Source: Basidiobolus meristosporus CBS 931.73
Lineage: Eukaryota > Fungi > Basidiobolomycota
Assembly (NCBI GenBank): GCA_002104905.1
Contig: MCFE01000165.1
Coordinates: forward strand, 83,015-147,014
DNA length: 64,000 nt
Direction: 5' to 3'
This document shows, in pieces, positions 1 through 13,724 of this stretch. A program made the translations under genes and the position numbers. Each line of letters opens with the position of its first letter. The first letter of the stretch is position 1. The notes beneath the pieces are model-generated. The model searched no databases. It was not told the DNA's origin and was given only the letters and a program-made list of their open reading frames with translations.

Positions 1-3000
1 TGTAAGGTAGTATTTATACTTTTACATGATCTTGGCATAGCAAATATGCAAAATGTGCTTAGAAAGGTCCTAACAGCATGTGTACAAAGTCTGGAGTGGT
101 CAGGACAAATTTGAGAATTTTCATGCTCTAGGTACCTGATATTTTAGTGAAAGTATTCTAAATATATCATGGCAAAGAATTTGGTCAGTGTTCTCCAAGA
201 TTTGTAGGTATTGATCTAAGTGACTAACATAGGTGAGTATTTAGGTGGAACTACAAACTTTTACAACACTCCCACACAGCTAAATGTTCACACTGACTAG
301 TCCTAATTTTGACCTAACCTATTCAAGTTTGTCTTGAACTAATGGTATGGTGAATATATATACAATCATCTTATCTGTAGGACATTATACTAAGTTAAAC
401 AAGTTATTGTCTATAGCCTCACATATGAAATGATGTCTAATATCTGTGTGCTTAATTCTAGTGTGAAGCATTGGATTTCCATTTCTTTGAATACATCCTT
501 GATTACCTTAAAACTTCAATAGGCATTTTAGACATAGGCCTCAGTCTGTAAAATACTTTCTTAGCCACATTGCTTCTTGTGTAGCTTCACAGGTGGCAAT
601 ATACTTTGCCTATGTGGTAGAAAGTGCCACAGTTGGCTGCTTTCTTGAATACTATGAAAATGCTCCTTCACAGTTAAGAAATATGTATCTTGTGGTGGAT
701 CTTTTGTCTTCTAAATCTTGTCCCCAATCAGCATCAGAGTATCCTACAAGATCTGATTCTGATCTTTGATGGGTATACCTTACACATATATCAGCAGTTC
801 CCTTTAGGTATCTAAAAATCTGCTCAACTGCTTAAATATGCTCAAATCTATTGCACCAATTGTGCTGGCTGACAACTCCTACTGGATATGTAATATCTGG
901 ATATGTTCCTATCATTATATACATCAGACTGCCAATCTTATACTGATAAGGAGAGTGCAGTCTTTTAGATGGCACCAAGATCTCTAGATTTGGTTGAGTT
1001 TTGACCAAGCTAAGGTTTGTCTTCATTGGGGTAGCTGCCAGTTTACAGCCTTACATTTGGTTCTTCTCTAGTATAACTTGAATATACTTGAATTTGTTTG
1101 GGTTATAGTGTGAGACTTCCATTTCCGGGGAACTTTATCCCCAAGTATTAAATGACTTCTCTAAGATTGAACATTATGAAATCTTTGAACAGGCTGAATT
1201 TAGTCTCTCATAATGTTTCTTGGTTATTGGCAGCTGTAATATTACCATCAACATATAGAGCTAATAAAACTGAACTTGCTCCTTCTGGCTTAAAGTACAT
1301 GCTATAGTCAGCAGTACTTCTTTGGAATCTCAAAGACTTCAAATTACAATCTATCTTGCAATTCCAGGCTGCAAGTGATTGCTTGAGTCTGTATAGAGAT
1401 TGTTTATGCATGCAGACCAAATGGAGGTTGTCTTGGTCAGCAAACCCATAAGGCTGGTTCATATACCTGTCCTCAGCAAGTTCCCCATTCAAAAATGCAA
1501 TTTCTACATCTACTTAATATATAAAAAGCAAATATTTGGCTGCAATAGCCAATAAAAATATGATAGAATTAAACTTGGCTACTGGTGCAAAGGTCTTGGT
1601 AAAGTCAACTCCTTTTGTTTAAGTGCATCTTTTGGCCACAAGTCTTGCTTTATATCTTTTAACTGTATTGTCAGCCCTGTATTTTGTCTTGAAGACTTCT
1701 CTGCATCCAATTGATTTTTGGTTGAAATAGAATTTAACAAAGTCCTAAGTTTGATTTCCCATCAGGGCCTGATATTCCTTAGTCATTGCAGATCTCCAAA
1801 ACTATATCTTAGGGCTGTTGTGGGCCTCTTTTACAGTCTGGGGTTCATTAATATGGACTGAATAGTCATAGGCTAAGTTTTTACCCTCACTGGTGTAGTA
1901 GTTTAAGCTATTTCTGGTCTGATTGGAACTCTGGGCTTGTGATACTAGAATGATCTATTCTGGGATGACCCTTGGCACTGATTCAGGCCAAACCACAGTC
2001 TTAGAGCTTTCCAGAGTGAAAACTTTTATTGTGTTGCTCCAATTCATTCATGACTGCTGATGGACTTGAGATCAGGTTTGCATCATCATCTGATATCATT
2101 ATTTGTGAAAATTTCAGATTTTCATTAAAATTGTATATGTGAACCTGAGCAGCTTCTTTGCCTTGATATCATATGGACTGTTTGCTTCACTCACACCATA
2201 GTAGCCTAAAAATATGCCTTTTTCACCTTTTGGTTCAAATTATGACTGATTACTGGACAGTTCCTTGGCATATGCTGTACACCCAAATATTCTTAGATAT
2301 TGTGCACTTGGCCTATATCTATACCACGCTTCAAATGGAGTAGAGCTACAAAGTATTCTGTTACAACTCCTATTCTTCAGGTTTATAGCTGTGACAACTA
2401 ATTACACTTAAATATTATAGGATAATATTTGATCCTGAAATATAGATCTTGTCATATCAACTATTGGTCTGTTTACACATTCAGCTACTACTCTTTGCTG
2501 TGAAGCTTATGGTACATTAGTTTCTTGCTTTGTCTCATGTATCATGCAGAAGTGGATGCAGAGTTTTGAGCAATATTCTCCACCATTGTCTGATCATATT
2601 TGCTTGATTTTTTCACTAGCTTCTCCATCCATCATGGCTTTGAACTCCCTGGGCTTAGACTGAGTTTTTCCTCTCACTACATCAAGAAGAACCACATGTA
2701 TCTGCTTAACCATTAATATAAGCTTTAAATATTTCATCCTACTAAAGGATAAACTTTGCATAGGTCTGCACAGATCTAAGTCCATTTAATCTAGTATTTT
2801 TTTGGTTTTGATTTACTCAGAGCTGTTTGATAGACCTCTAGTTTGTTTCCCATATATGTGGACTCCACAGTGCCCCAAATCATCTGGGGGAGCAGTTTTT
2901 ACTCCAGATGTTAGCTGATCTTTGATCATTTTGTGTTGATAATCAAAACCGGGTCATTGTGAAATGATCTTGCTTACAGGTAGTAGGATCTTGTCTATTG

Positions 3001-3420
3001 CTGGTACATAGAGTATTTCTTTTAAGGTCAGTGTATGGCTTCCTTCACTGCTTCTAAGGTTTACTTGGATAGATCCTTCTGCCACTTCATCAGGTGTTCT
3101 ATTGTCACCCATGAGAACTCTCTTGATATTGGGTACAAAGTTCATGTTGGTGTGAAAGTGTTGAGATGCTTCAGAGTCAATATACCACATTGGAGAATTT
3201 TATTTATTGGTTACATTTAGTGCAAATATGAATAGTCTATCTGCAGCTGTTGCAGCATTTGCGTATTAAGGCATTTTCTGCTAACTTTCTAGTGTTTTGA
3301 AGCACTGGCTTGATTTTTGTCCTTTCCTTTTGCAGTAGTTAAAAACCAGGTTGCTATTGCTTTTAAAAGGTCTTGGGTATCCCCTTTGTTGGTCTTGGTT
3401 GCTATCAAAGCATTTTCTTT
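1..3420 (-). mobile_element. Decayed Ty1/copia LTR retrotransposon (copy A): partial 3' LTR at 1-268, then RNase H/RT/integrase/protease/gag-end remnants
   Basis: LTR ends TTTTACAACA at 268, next to the polypurine tract. ORF fragments match copia RT (YQYKIGSLMYIMIG, LALYVDG) and protease (WYIDSEASQH). Colinear with the copy at 11832-16515, with many stops and frameshifts. Confidence 0.9.
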
Positions 3421-3424
3421 TTCC

Positions 3425-3775
3425 TTGAAACACAAAATTTTCATAAAAATATGACATCAGATGATGACAAAAATTAGATCTCAAGTCCACCATCAATGAG
3501 GATTGAATCAGAGCAAAGCAACAGGAACCTTTCACTCCAGAGGACCCTACAACCATAAATTAGTCCAAATCAGTGCCCTAGAATATCCCAGAAATGACCA
3601 TTCCAGTCTCACAAACTAGGAGATCCAACCAGACCTGAAATAGCTCAAATTACTGTAACAATGAGTGTCCAGACTTAGCCTAAGCCTATTTAGTCCAAAT
3701 TGATGAGCTGCAGACTGTAAAAGTGGCCAAAACAGTCCTGAGACAAAGCTTTGGAGATCTACAACAACAGAGTAT
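3425..3775 (+). mobile_element. Copia fragment (integrase-RT linker), left part of host copy X
   Basis: Plus-strand match to the linker seen at 19735-20070 (ATGACATCAGATGATGACAAAAA...). It stops at the EEY codon region, where LTR 3776 begins. Confidence 0.7.
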
Positions 3776-6700
3776 TGTTATAAAGATTTGTAATTCCACC
3801 TAAGTATTCACCTATCTTAGTCACTTGGATCTTTACCATCAAATCCTAGAAAATACTGACTAAACTCCTTGTTGGGATTTACTTGGAATGTTTTCACTAA
3901 AATACCATGTACCCAGAAAATGAAAATTCCCAAAGTCGTCCAAACAGCACCAAACTTCAGCGCCAAACTTTGCACATGTGTTCTTGAGACCATCCTTAAC
4001 CAATTCTATATGCTTGTTATGCCAAGACCATGCTAAAGTATAAATACCACTTTTTCATTCAATGAACAATTAGGTGAAAACCACATAATCTACTATTTCT
4101 CCCAAATCTCTTCCAACATCTCCAAGACACTTACAACAGAACTTTGGTTGCACCTCAGTTGCCAATTGTGTTGACCCTTACAAGCTCCTACACACTTGCT
4201 GCAATGTCTACCACTGCTATTACTACACTTTTCCCTCTGCTGAAAAGTTGGATGGATCTAACTACCAGGTGTGGAAGGTGAAGATAAAAATGCTACTACA
4301 AGAAAAAGACCTTTGGAATACTGTCATGGGAGAAGAATGCTCTCCCAAAAGTGTGGGAGAGAAAGCCTTAAGATACATGAAGAAAGAACAAAGTGCCTTT
4401 AACTGCACTTGCTTAAATGTAATAGACAAATTGCTAATTCAATGCTCAAGAGCAAAATTGGGAAAGAAAGCCTGAAAGGCATTTGAGGACACCTACTAGT
4501 CTTGTTCAGCTGCTAAGAAAAAGTATCTGAGAAGAAAACTCTTTACTTCAATGATGCCGGCAGGAGAAAAAATGAAAATCCTGCAGGTGGTTGATATGGA
4601 ATCAGTGGGAGTAGAAACTACTGATGAGGATGTGATAGTAACCATCCTAAGTAGCCTGACAGACAGGTTGCAGGCCCTTGTATCAGCCTCAGAGTACAGA
4701 ACTCAAAATTTGACCTTAAAGTACCTATATGGAAGGCTCTTGGATGAAGAATTAAGAAAATCAGGTGCCAATCAGAAGGAAGAAGGGAATGCTTTAATAA
4801 GTAATAATAACCAGCAAAGAAGATACCAAAGACCTTTTAAATGCAATACCAGTCTGTTTTACAACTACTACAAAAGGAAAGGTCACACATCAGACCAGTG
4901 CTTCAAAAAGAAAGATAGTTGACAGAAAAAGCCTCAATATTGAAATGCTGCAACAAGTGAAGCTAGACTACTCTTATCTGCACTGAATACCACCACAAGC
5001 AAGGACTCTCAGACATGATACACTTACTCTGCAGCTTATCAACACTTTACACACCAAGAAGAATTTTTTACCCAATATCAAGAAATTTGAATCAAGAAAG
5101 TTTTCATGGGCAACAATAGAACACTTGATGCAGTGAGAGAAGGAGCTATCCAAGCAAACCTGAGTAGCAGTGAAGGAAGCCATGCACTGACCTTAAAGGA
5201 AGTATTCTATGTACCAGAAATAGCCAAGACCCCACTACCTCTAAGCAAAGCCACTGCAGAATGACTTCATTTCAGCTTTGACAATTCTGGATGCAGGATC
5301 ACTGATCAATATGGTGAAGTAACACTAATGCTTTGGCACATCAATATTGATTATCTGAGCAAAACAATCAAAGATCAGCTAATTTCCAAAGTAAAATTGA
5401 TCCCCCTGCTAGTTGGAGCCACTGTGAAGCCTGAAAAAGTGGAAAACAAGCCAGACAACCATTCAAGAGCTCTGCATTAGTTGAAACTAAGAAAAAAGTA
5501 GATCCAACTGACTTAGATCTGTGTGGACATAGGTAAAACTTATTCTTGGGCAGGATGAAGTATGTAATCACTTTTATTGATGATTAAACAAGATACACAG
5601 GGGTCTTCTTCATTGTGAGAGAGGAAGAGCTCTGTCTAAGCTCAGAGAGTTGAAAGCTATGGTGGAGAAAGAAACTGGTGAAAAATCAAGAAAAATGCTC
5701 TGAAAGTGGTGGAGAATATACCTGGAAACTCTTCATCCACTTCTGCAAAATTCATGAGATAATGCAAAAGACTACTGTACCATACTCCGCACAGCAAAAT
5801 GAAGTGGCAGAATATGCAAACTGATCAATAAATGATATTGCAAGATCATAATCCATGATCAAGAATTATCCTATGATTTTGGGCCAAATCAGTTGCCCCA
5901 GCTATATACCTTAAAAATGGGAGTGATTACCAAATACTTTGTGATTCAACTCCTTATGAAGCAGGGTATGGATACAGACTAAGTGCAGAACATCTCAGAA
6001 TTTATGGGTGTACAGCATATGCCAAGAAAATGCCTGGAAATCAATCAAAACTTGAGCCAAATACAGTTAAATACATGTTTTGGGCTACTGCAATGAGAGT
6101 AAGGCATACAGACTTGATAATACCAATAGCAAAAAAGCTGATCAAGTCCAGGGATGTGTTGTCTGATGAAAACTCAAAATGCTGACATATAATTACATCA
6201 AAGGATGGCAAAAATTTGATTGCAAGTCCACCAATAGTCAGGATTGAGTCAGAGCAAAACAATGTGAGCTATGCCTATTCAGTCCATATTGATGAGCCCC
6301 AGACTGTATAAGAGGCCCTAAATAGCCCTCAGACAATGCTTTGTAGATCTTCAATGACTGAGGAATATCAGGCCTGGATGGAAAATCAAACATGGGACTT
6401 AGTCAAATTACCAATCAACCTAACATCAATTGGGTGCAGATGGGTCTTTAAGGCAAAATATAAGGCTGATGTTACAATTGAAAGATACTAAGCAAGACTT
6501 GTGGCTAAAGAATACTCCAAACAAAGGTCTTGACTAAACCAAGACCTTTGTACTAGTAGCCAAGTTTAATTCCATCAGATTAATATTGGCTATTACAGTC
6601 AAATACAAGTTTTTTTTACATCAATTAGATTTAAAAACCTCACTCTTGACTAAAGGACTGAATGATGACATGTATATGGACCAGCCTGATGGGTTTGCTG

Positions 6701-7129
6701 ACCAAGATAGCCCCCATTTGGTCTGCAAGCTTAAAAAATCTCCCTATGGTCTGAAGCAATCAACAAGTGCCTGGAATTACATGAAAGATTCTTAGTTGGA
6801 ATCTTTGGTCTCAAAGGAATAGTGCCATCTATGGTATAAACTATTAGCCAGATAGAGCAAGTTCAGTACTATTTTGCTCTATCTAAATATGATCTTATTA
6901 TAGCTGCCAATAATCTAGCAACATCAGAAGAGACTATATTCAGCCTATCTAAGGAGTTCAAGATGTCCAATCTAGGAGAACTCAGTTACTACTTAAGGAT
7001 AAAGTTTTCCATAGACAGAAGTACCCAGACTATGACCCTGAGCCAATCCAAGTATATTCAAGATATACTAAAGAAGTACCAGATGGAAGACTGTAAACCA
7101 GCAGCTACACCAATGGAGACAAACCTTAA
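3776..7129 (+). mobile_element. Decayed copia copy B: 5' LTR 3776-4138, gag, protease, integrase, RT truncated at 7129
   Basis: TGTTA...CTTACAACA LTR similar to the family LTR. Gag LDGSNYQVWK, zinc-knuckle remnant and RT fragments (HQLDLKT, LGELSYYL). Confidence 0.9.
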
Positions 7130-8810
7130 CACTATGAAAAATAATTTGGTCCCATGGGTGGATCCAATCCAGATCAGCTGTCAGGATCCCATATAGAGAC
7201 TGTCATAATACCAACAGCTTGGAATTAGTGACCCTCTTAACCATCTTATTTCAGGATCATGATGGCATCCTGCTAATTTTACTACCAAATAAAGTGATAT
7301 AACTTGACAAGATTTGATTGGTGCTGTGACAATAATTGCATGGTATGTTGCAATTTTATTGTGCTCAACAACTATTTTAAATGGATACAGCTAGCCAGGA
7401 CACCCATTTGCCTTATATGGCAAGAAACTTGATGGTATTTTGATGGCCTCACAGCAGGACTCTGATGGCATTGTAATGGCAGTATGGCTGCCTACAGCTA
7501 GTTCTGTTTAATGCTACCATACCAATTTACCAAAAGGTATTTGCTTTTTCTACCTCCCCTTGTGCTATTCATATATTCCACAGACTCCTCAGGCTCTCAT
7601 TCAAGTAGGCAATTGAGAACCTCTGCAGAGCCACAAGCTGACCATTATGCCCAGGCAGATGATAATGTTGCAAATGCAGTACCCCCAGTTGAAGACCAGC
7701 AAGTGGCCATGTGAACATCACCGCCACCCATATTAGCAAGTAAGTTGTCAGCTCATACCAGAGCATTAATGAAGCAATTAGGTGCAGTGGCTGATAGGAT
7801 ACATGCATTGGCCCAGGGAAATCAGGAAATAGTCCAGAAACAGGATGAGTAGATAATATTTGTAGAGCAATCAATATTCCAGGTAGAGAAAGCAGTATCT
7901 TTGCTGCAAAGAAGGAACTTAAGTAGCTCAATGTCACAGCCAAGAATTGAGCCATTTCCCAATGTAACAGCAGGGGAACACCACAGAGTCTTTGAAGTGC
8001 AACAACAGTGCCCAAAGATAAAGCCCCCAGAAATGCCTATCACAGCATGGGAGGGAGACAATGTGGTGTTCATACCAAATCCAAAAAATCAAAAGACATA
8101 GAAGATTCTTGAAGCTGTTGAATGCAATAATGAAGAGTAGGCTAATATTCAAGAAGCCATCAGAAGTCTAGAACCCCATCACCTTAAAGCCAGCATACCC
8201 TGGGACCATCAGGAACTCAAGGCCAAGCAGAATGCACTTGACTTGTTCCATGAGCAATATCCTGGACTCAAAAGTGCAAAGAGATTTTGAGCCAGCATTG
8301 TTATGCAAAGAAAGTATCTTAAGAATAGCAGAAACTATCAAAGGCAGAAGAACAAGGGTGCTAAGGCTAAAAACCAGTGGCTTCCTCAAGAGCCTGTTAC
8401 AAGCAGAGCCAAAAGCTCCAGACCAGCATCAAAGAGATGTTGGGTAACTGGAAGAGTGCCAATTAGAGACAAGCAGGCAGACACAGATGCACCAGCATAA
8501 CATTTATCAAGGAAAAAGCATAGTACCACCCAAGAAGCACTCAGTAAAAGTAGCAGTGAAGGACCAGGCAGTGATAAAAACCAGCAGCTTTTACAGGAGC
8601 CTGTCACAACTACAGTTGAGAGCTTGATACAGGTGGAAAAGCAATGACAGGCTGCCAGGAGAGTGACAGCAAGGGACAAGCAGGCCAAAACAGATGTGTC
8701 AGAGCAGAACTTATCAAGGAGAAATTGCAGTTCATTACAAGCAGCGCTCAGACAAAGTAGCAGTGAAAGACCTGGCAGTGATAAAGGAAAAGGTAAAGGC
8801 AAAAATGTGC
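7130..8810 (+). mobile_element. Non-copia repeat beginning with a CACTA-like terminus; possible CMC/EnSpm-type DNA transposon fragment
   Basis: Copia RT stops abruptly at CACTATGAAAAATAATTTGGTCCCATGG. The first ~450 bp recur at 56758-57210, starting CCCTATGAAAAATAATTTGG. No second TIR or transposase was seen. Confidence 0.5.
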
Positions 8811-11800
8811 TTCTTTAGTATATCTTGAATATTCTTGAATTGGCTTGGGTGATAGCCATGGTACTTCTGTCCATAGAGAACTTAATCCCAAAGTAGTAAC
8901 TGAGTTCTTGTATATTGAACATCTTGAACTCCTACATAGGCTGGATTTAGTCTCTTCCAATGTTGCTAGGTTATTGACGGCTATAATAAGATCATTCACA
9001 TATAGAGCTAATAGAACTGGACTTGCTCTATTTGGCTATAGTATATACTATATTCAGCATTAATCCTTTTGAAACTCAGAGATTTCAAATAAGAATCTAT
9101 CTTGCAATTCCAGGCTCTTGGTGATTGTTTGAGACCATATAGTGACTTTATAAGCTTGCAGACCAAATGGGGGCCATCTTAGTCAGCAAATGCATCAGGC
9201 TGGTCTATATACACATTCTCATCAAGCTCCCCATTCAAAAATGCATTTTTACATCCATTTGATGAATAAAAAACTTATATTTGGCTGCAATAGCCCATAT
9301 TAATCTGATGGAATTAAACTTGGCTACTAGTACAAACGTATCAGTATAGTAAAGTCCTTTTGTTTGAGAGTATTCTTTGGCCACAAGTCTTGCATTTTAC
9401 CTTTCAATTGTACCATCAGCCCTGCATTTTCTCTTGAAGACCCATCTGCATTCAATTTATTTTTGGTTGTTTGGTAATTAGGCTAAGTCCCAAGTTTGAT
9501 TTTCCATCAGGGCCTGATATTCCTCAGTCATTGCAGATCTCCAAAACTTTGTCTGAGGACTATTTAGGGCCTCTTTTACAGTCTTAGGGTTCATCAATAT
9601 GGACTGAATAGGCATAGGCTAAGTTTGTGCCCTCATTGATATAGTACTTTGGGCAATTTCTTGTCCAATTGGATCTCCAGGCACTTGATACTGGAATTAT
9701 CACTTCTGGGATATTCCTGGGCACTGATTCTGGCTAAACCACAGTTTTTGAGTCCTCTGGAGAGAAGAATATTCATTGTTTTGCTCTTATTCAATCCTGA
9801 CAATTGGTGGACTTGAGATCAGATTTTTGTCATCATCTGATGTCATTTTTTGTGAAAATTTAAATCTTCATCAAACAACACATCCCTGGACTTGGTTAGC
9901 TTTGTTGCTTTGGCATTGTACAGTCTGTATGCATTACTCTCATTGCAGTAACCCAAAAATATGCATTTTACACTTTTTGGTTCATATTTGGACTAAGTTC
10001 CGGGCAGTTTCTTGGCATATGCTGTACACCCAAATATTCTTAAATATTCTGCACTTGGTCTATACCCATACCATGCTTCAAATGGAATAGAACCACAAAG
10101 TATTCTGCTATAACTCATATTTTTAAGATATATAGCAATGGCAATTGATTCCGCCCAAATATCATAGGATAATTTTTGATCATGGATCATAAATCTTGCC
10201 ATATAAGTTATTGATCTGTAAGCACATTCTGCTACTCCATTTTGCTGTGGAGAGTATGGTACAGTATTCTCTTGCTTTATCCTGTGAATATTGCAGAAGT
10301 GGATGAAGAGTTTTGAGGCATATTTTCCACCATTGTCAGAGTGTATTTTCTTGATTTTTTTACCAGTTTCTCTCACCACAATGGCTTTGAGCTCCCTGAG
10401 CTTAGACAGAGCTTCTTTCTTTCTCTTTATGAAGTAGACCCATGTGTATCTTGTCTAATCATCAATAAATGTGATTAAATATCTCAACCCACCTAAGGAT
10501 AAATTTTGCATAGGTTCACACAGATATAAGTGAATTAGATCTAATTTTTGGTTTGTTTTAATTAACCCAGAGCACTTGAATGGTTGTCTAGCTTGTTTCC
10601 CATATATGCAGGCTTCACTGTGCTTCAAACTAGCTGGGGGATCAGCTTTTACTCTAGAAACTAGCTGATCTTTGATCATTTTGCGCAAATAATCAAAAAT
10701 AATGTGCCCAAATCTCCTGTGCCAAAGCATTCAAGTTTCTTCATTTAAGTTACTTATATTGGCTTCCAGATATGATGGAATACAAGTCAACTTGTATGGT
10801 TACTTATCTCTGATATCCAAAGCAATACGTGCACCATTTTGATCAGTGACCTTGCATCCAGAATTGTCAAAGCTGAAACTGAGTCCTTCTGCCATGGCCT
10901 TGCTTACAGATAGTAATTTCCTGGCTATTTCTGGTACATAGAATACTTCCTTAAAGGTCAGTGTATGGCTTCCTTCACTGCTTCTTAGGCTTACCTGGAT
11001 AGTTCCTTTGCCCACTGCATCAAGTATTCTGATTGTCACCCATAAAAACTTTCTTAATTTGAATTTCTTGATATTGGGTAAAATGTTCTTTTTAGTGTGT
11101 AAAGTGCTGAGATGCTCCAGAGTAAATGTACCACATCTATGAATCCTTGCTTGTGGTCATATTAGTGCAGATATGAATAATCTATCTTAAATTATTGCAG
11201 CATTTTCATATTCAGGCTTCTTTAGCTGATTAACTCGTTTTTTGATACACCAGTCTGATGTGTGTCCTTTCCTTTTGCAATAGTAGCAAAACAGGTTTCT
11301 GTTGCATTTGTAGGGTCCTGGGTACCTCCTTTGTTGGTTATCATTCCATATTAAAGCATTTTCTTCTTCCTTCTTATTTGCACTTGATTTCTTAATTCTT
11401 CATCCTGAAGCCTTCCATATATGTATTTTAAGGTCAAATCTTCAGTTCTGGACTCTAGGGCTGATACAAGGCCCTGAAGCTTGTCTTTCAGGCTATTCAG
11501 GATGGTATCTAGCACATCCTCATCAGTAATTGCTATGCCCACAAATTCCATTTCATCTGCCAGCAGGGTAATTCTGTTAATTTTATTTTTCATATCTATG
11601 CCTGGCTGCATCTTTGTAGTAAAGATTTTTTTTCTCAGATACATTTTCTTGGCAGCTGAACATAACTGGTGGGTGTCTTCTAATGCCTTCCAGTCATTCT
11701 TTGCTGGTTTGCTCTTGAGCATTGAATTAGCAGTTTGTCTTTAATGTTAAGGCAATTGTAGTTAAAGGCACTTTGTTCTTTTTTCTGGTACTTCAAGGCT

Positions 11801-11831
11801 TCCTCTCCCATGTTTTTAGGAGGGCATTCTT
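8811..11831 (-). mobile_element. Copia copy C, 3' part (gag end, protease, integrase, RT truncated)
   Basis: ORFs 11351-11722, 10800-11039, 10455-10730 and 9993-10379 are gag, protease, GAG-pre-integrase and integrase. The sequence joins seamlessly to 16516 across the TTCTT duplication. Confidence 0.9.
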
Positions 11832-12180
11832 TGTTGTAAGAGTCTTGGAGATATTGGAAGTGATTTGGAGAACAAGTAGATTATGTGGTTTTCACTTAAT
11901 GATTTATTGAATGTAAAAGTAGTATTTATACTTTTACCTGGTCTTGGCATTACAAACACGTAGAATAGGTTAAGGAAGCTCCCAAGAACATGTGTGCAAA
12001 GTTTGGGGCTGTTTGGACAACTTTGAGAATTTTCATGTCCTGGGTACCTGGCATTTTGGTGAAAATATTCTAAGTCAATCATGACAAGGAATTTGGTCAG
12101 TATTCTCTAGGATTTGAAGGTAATGATCTAAGTGACTAAGTAAGGTGAATATTTAGGTGGAAATAGGAATTTTTACAACA
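11832..12180 (-). repeat. 3' LTR of copy D
   Basis: TGTTGTAA...TTACAACA termini. Adjacent PPT GAGTGGGAG on the minus strand at 12181-12189. Confidence 0.97.
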
Positions 12181-12191
12181 CTCCCACTCAG

Positions 12192-13703
12192 CTAAATGTT
12201 CATACTGACTAGTCCTAATTTTGACCTAAGATATTCAAACTTGTCTCTAGCTAATGGTTTGGTAAAAATGTCTGCAATCATTTCATCTGTAGGACAGTAA
12301 ACTAAGCTAACTAAGTTATTCTCTATAGCTTCACGTATGAAATGATGTCTAATATCTATGTGCTTGGTTCTAGCATGAAAAGTTGGATTTCTACCTAATT
12401 GTATACATCCTTGATTATCTTGAAATAAAGTAATAGGCGTTTTTTGACATAGGCCTAAATCTGTAAGCAGCTTTCTTAACCACATTGCTTCTTTTGTAGC
12501 TTCACAGGCTGCCATATACTCTGCCTCTGTGGTGGAAAGTGCTACAGTTGGTTGTTTTCTTGAATTACATGAAATTGCTCCTTTACAGTAAAGAAAGGTG
12601 TATCCTGTGGTGGATCTTCTGTCTTCCAAATTTTGTCCCCAATCAGCATCAGAGTATCCCACAAGATCCTGTTCTGAATCCTTATAAGTGTATCTTAAGC
12701 AGATATCAGCAGTTCCTTTTAGGTATCTAAAAATCCGCTTAACTGCTGCAATATGATCAGATCCATAATTCTGATTATGCTGGCTGACAACTCCCACTGA
12801 ATATGAGATATCTGGACGTGTTCCAAGCATGATATACATCAGACTGCCGACTGTAGATTGATAAGGAAAGTCAGGGCTTTCAGATGGCACCAAGCTCTCT
12901 TGATTTGGTTGAGCTTTGACCAAGTTAAGGTTTGTCTCCATCACGGTAGCTGCCAGTTTACAGTCTTCCATTTTGTACTTCTTTAGTATATCTTGAATAT
13001 ACTTGGATTGGCTTAGGGTAATTGTCTGGGTACTTCTGTCTATGGAGAACTTAATCCCTAAGTAGTAACTAAGTTCTCCTAGATTGGACATCTTGTACTC
13101 CTTAGATAGGCTGGATTTAGTCTCTTCCAATGTTTCTAGATTATTGGTGGCTATAATAAGATCATCCACATATAGAGCTAATAAAACTGGATGTGCTCTA
13201 TCTGGCTTATAGTATATACTATAGTCAGCATTACTTCTTTTGAAACTCAAAGATTCCAAATAAGAATCTATCTTGCAATTCCAGGCTCTTGGTGATTGTT
13301 TGAGACCATATAGTGACTTTTTTAGCTTGCAGACCAAATGAGGGTTATTTTGATCAACAAACCCATCAGGCTGGTCCATATACACATCCTCATCAAGTTC
13401 TCCATTCAAAAATGCAGTCTTTACATCAATTTGATGAATAAAAAACTTATATTTGGCTGCAAGAGCCAATATTAATCCGATGGAATTAAACTTGGCTACT
13501 GGTGCAAAGGTCTCAGTATAGTCAAGTCCTTTTGTTTGAGAGTATCCTTTGGCTACAAGTCCTGCTTTGTATCTTTCAATTGTACCATCAGCCTTGTATT
13601 TTGTCTTGAAGACCCATCTGTATCCAATTGATTTTTGGTTGATTGGTAATTTGACTAAGTCCCAAGTTTGATTTTCCATCAGGGCCTGATATTCCTCAGT
13701 CAT
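12192..13703 (-). CDS. Copia reverse transcriptase + RNase H (open 503-aa segment)
   Basis: RWVFKTK, YTETFAPVAK, QIDVKTAFLNG, LALYVDD, GYSDADWG, KHIDIRHHF and IADIFTKPL motifs. Confidence 0.95.
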   Translation of the reverse strand: MTEEYQALMENQTWDLVKLPINQKSIGYRWVFKTKYKADGTIERYKAGLVAKGYSQTKGLDYTETFAPVAKFNSIGLILALAAKYKFFIHQIDVKTAFLNGELDEDVYMDQPDGFVDQNNPHLVCKLKKSLYGLKQSPRAWNCKIDSYLESLSFKRSNADYSIYYKPDRAHPVLLALYVDDLIIATNNLETLEETKSSLSKEYKMSNLGELSYYLGIKFSIDRSTQTITLSQSKYIQDILKKYKMEDCKLAATVMETNLNLVKAQPNQESLVPSESPDFPYQSTVGSLMYIMLGTRPDISYSVGVVSQHNQNYGSDHIAAVKRIFRYLKGTADICLRYTYKDSEQDLVGYSDADWGQNLEDRRSTTGYTFLYCKGAISCNSRKQPTVALSTTEAEYMAACEATKEAMWLRKLLTDLGLCQKTPITLFQDNQGCIQLGRNPTFHARTKHIDIRHHFIREAIENNLVSLVYCPTDEMIADIFTKPLARDKFEYLRSKLGLVSMNI

Positions 13704-13724
13704 TGCAGATCTCCAAAACTTTGT

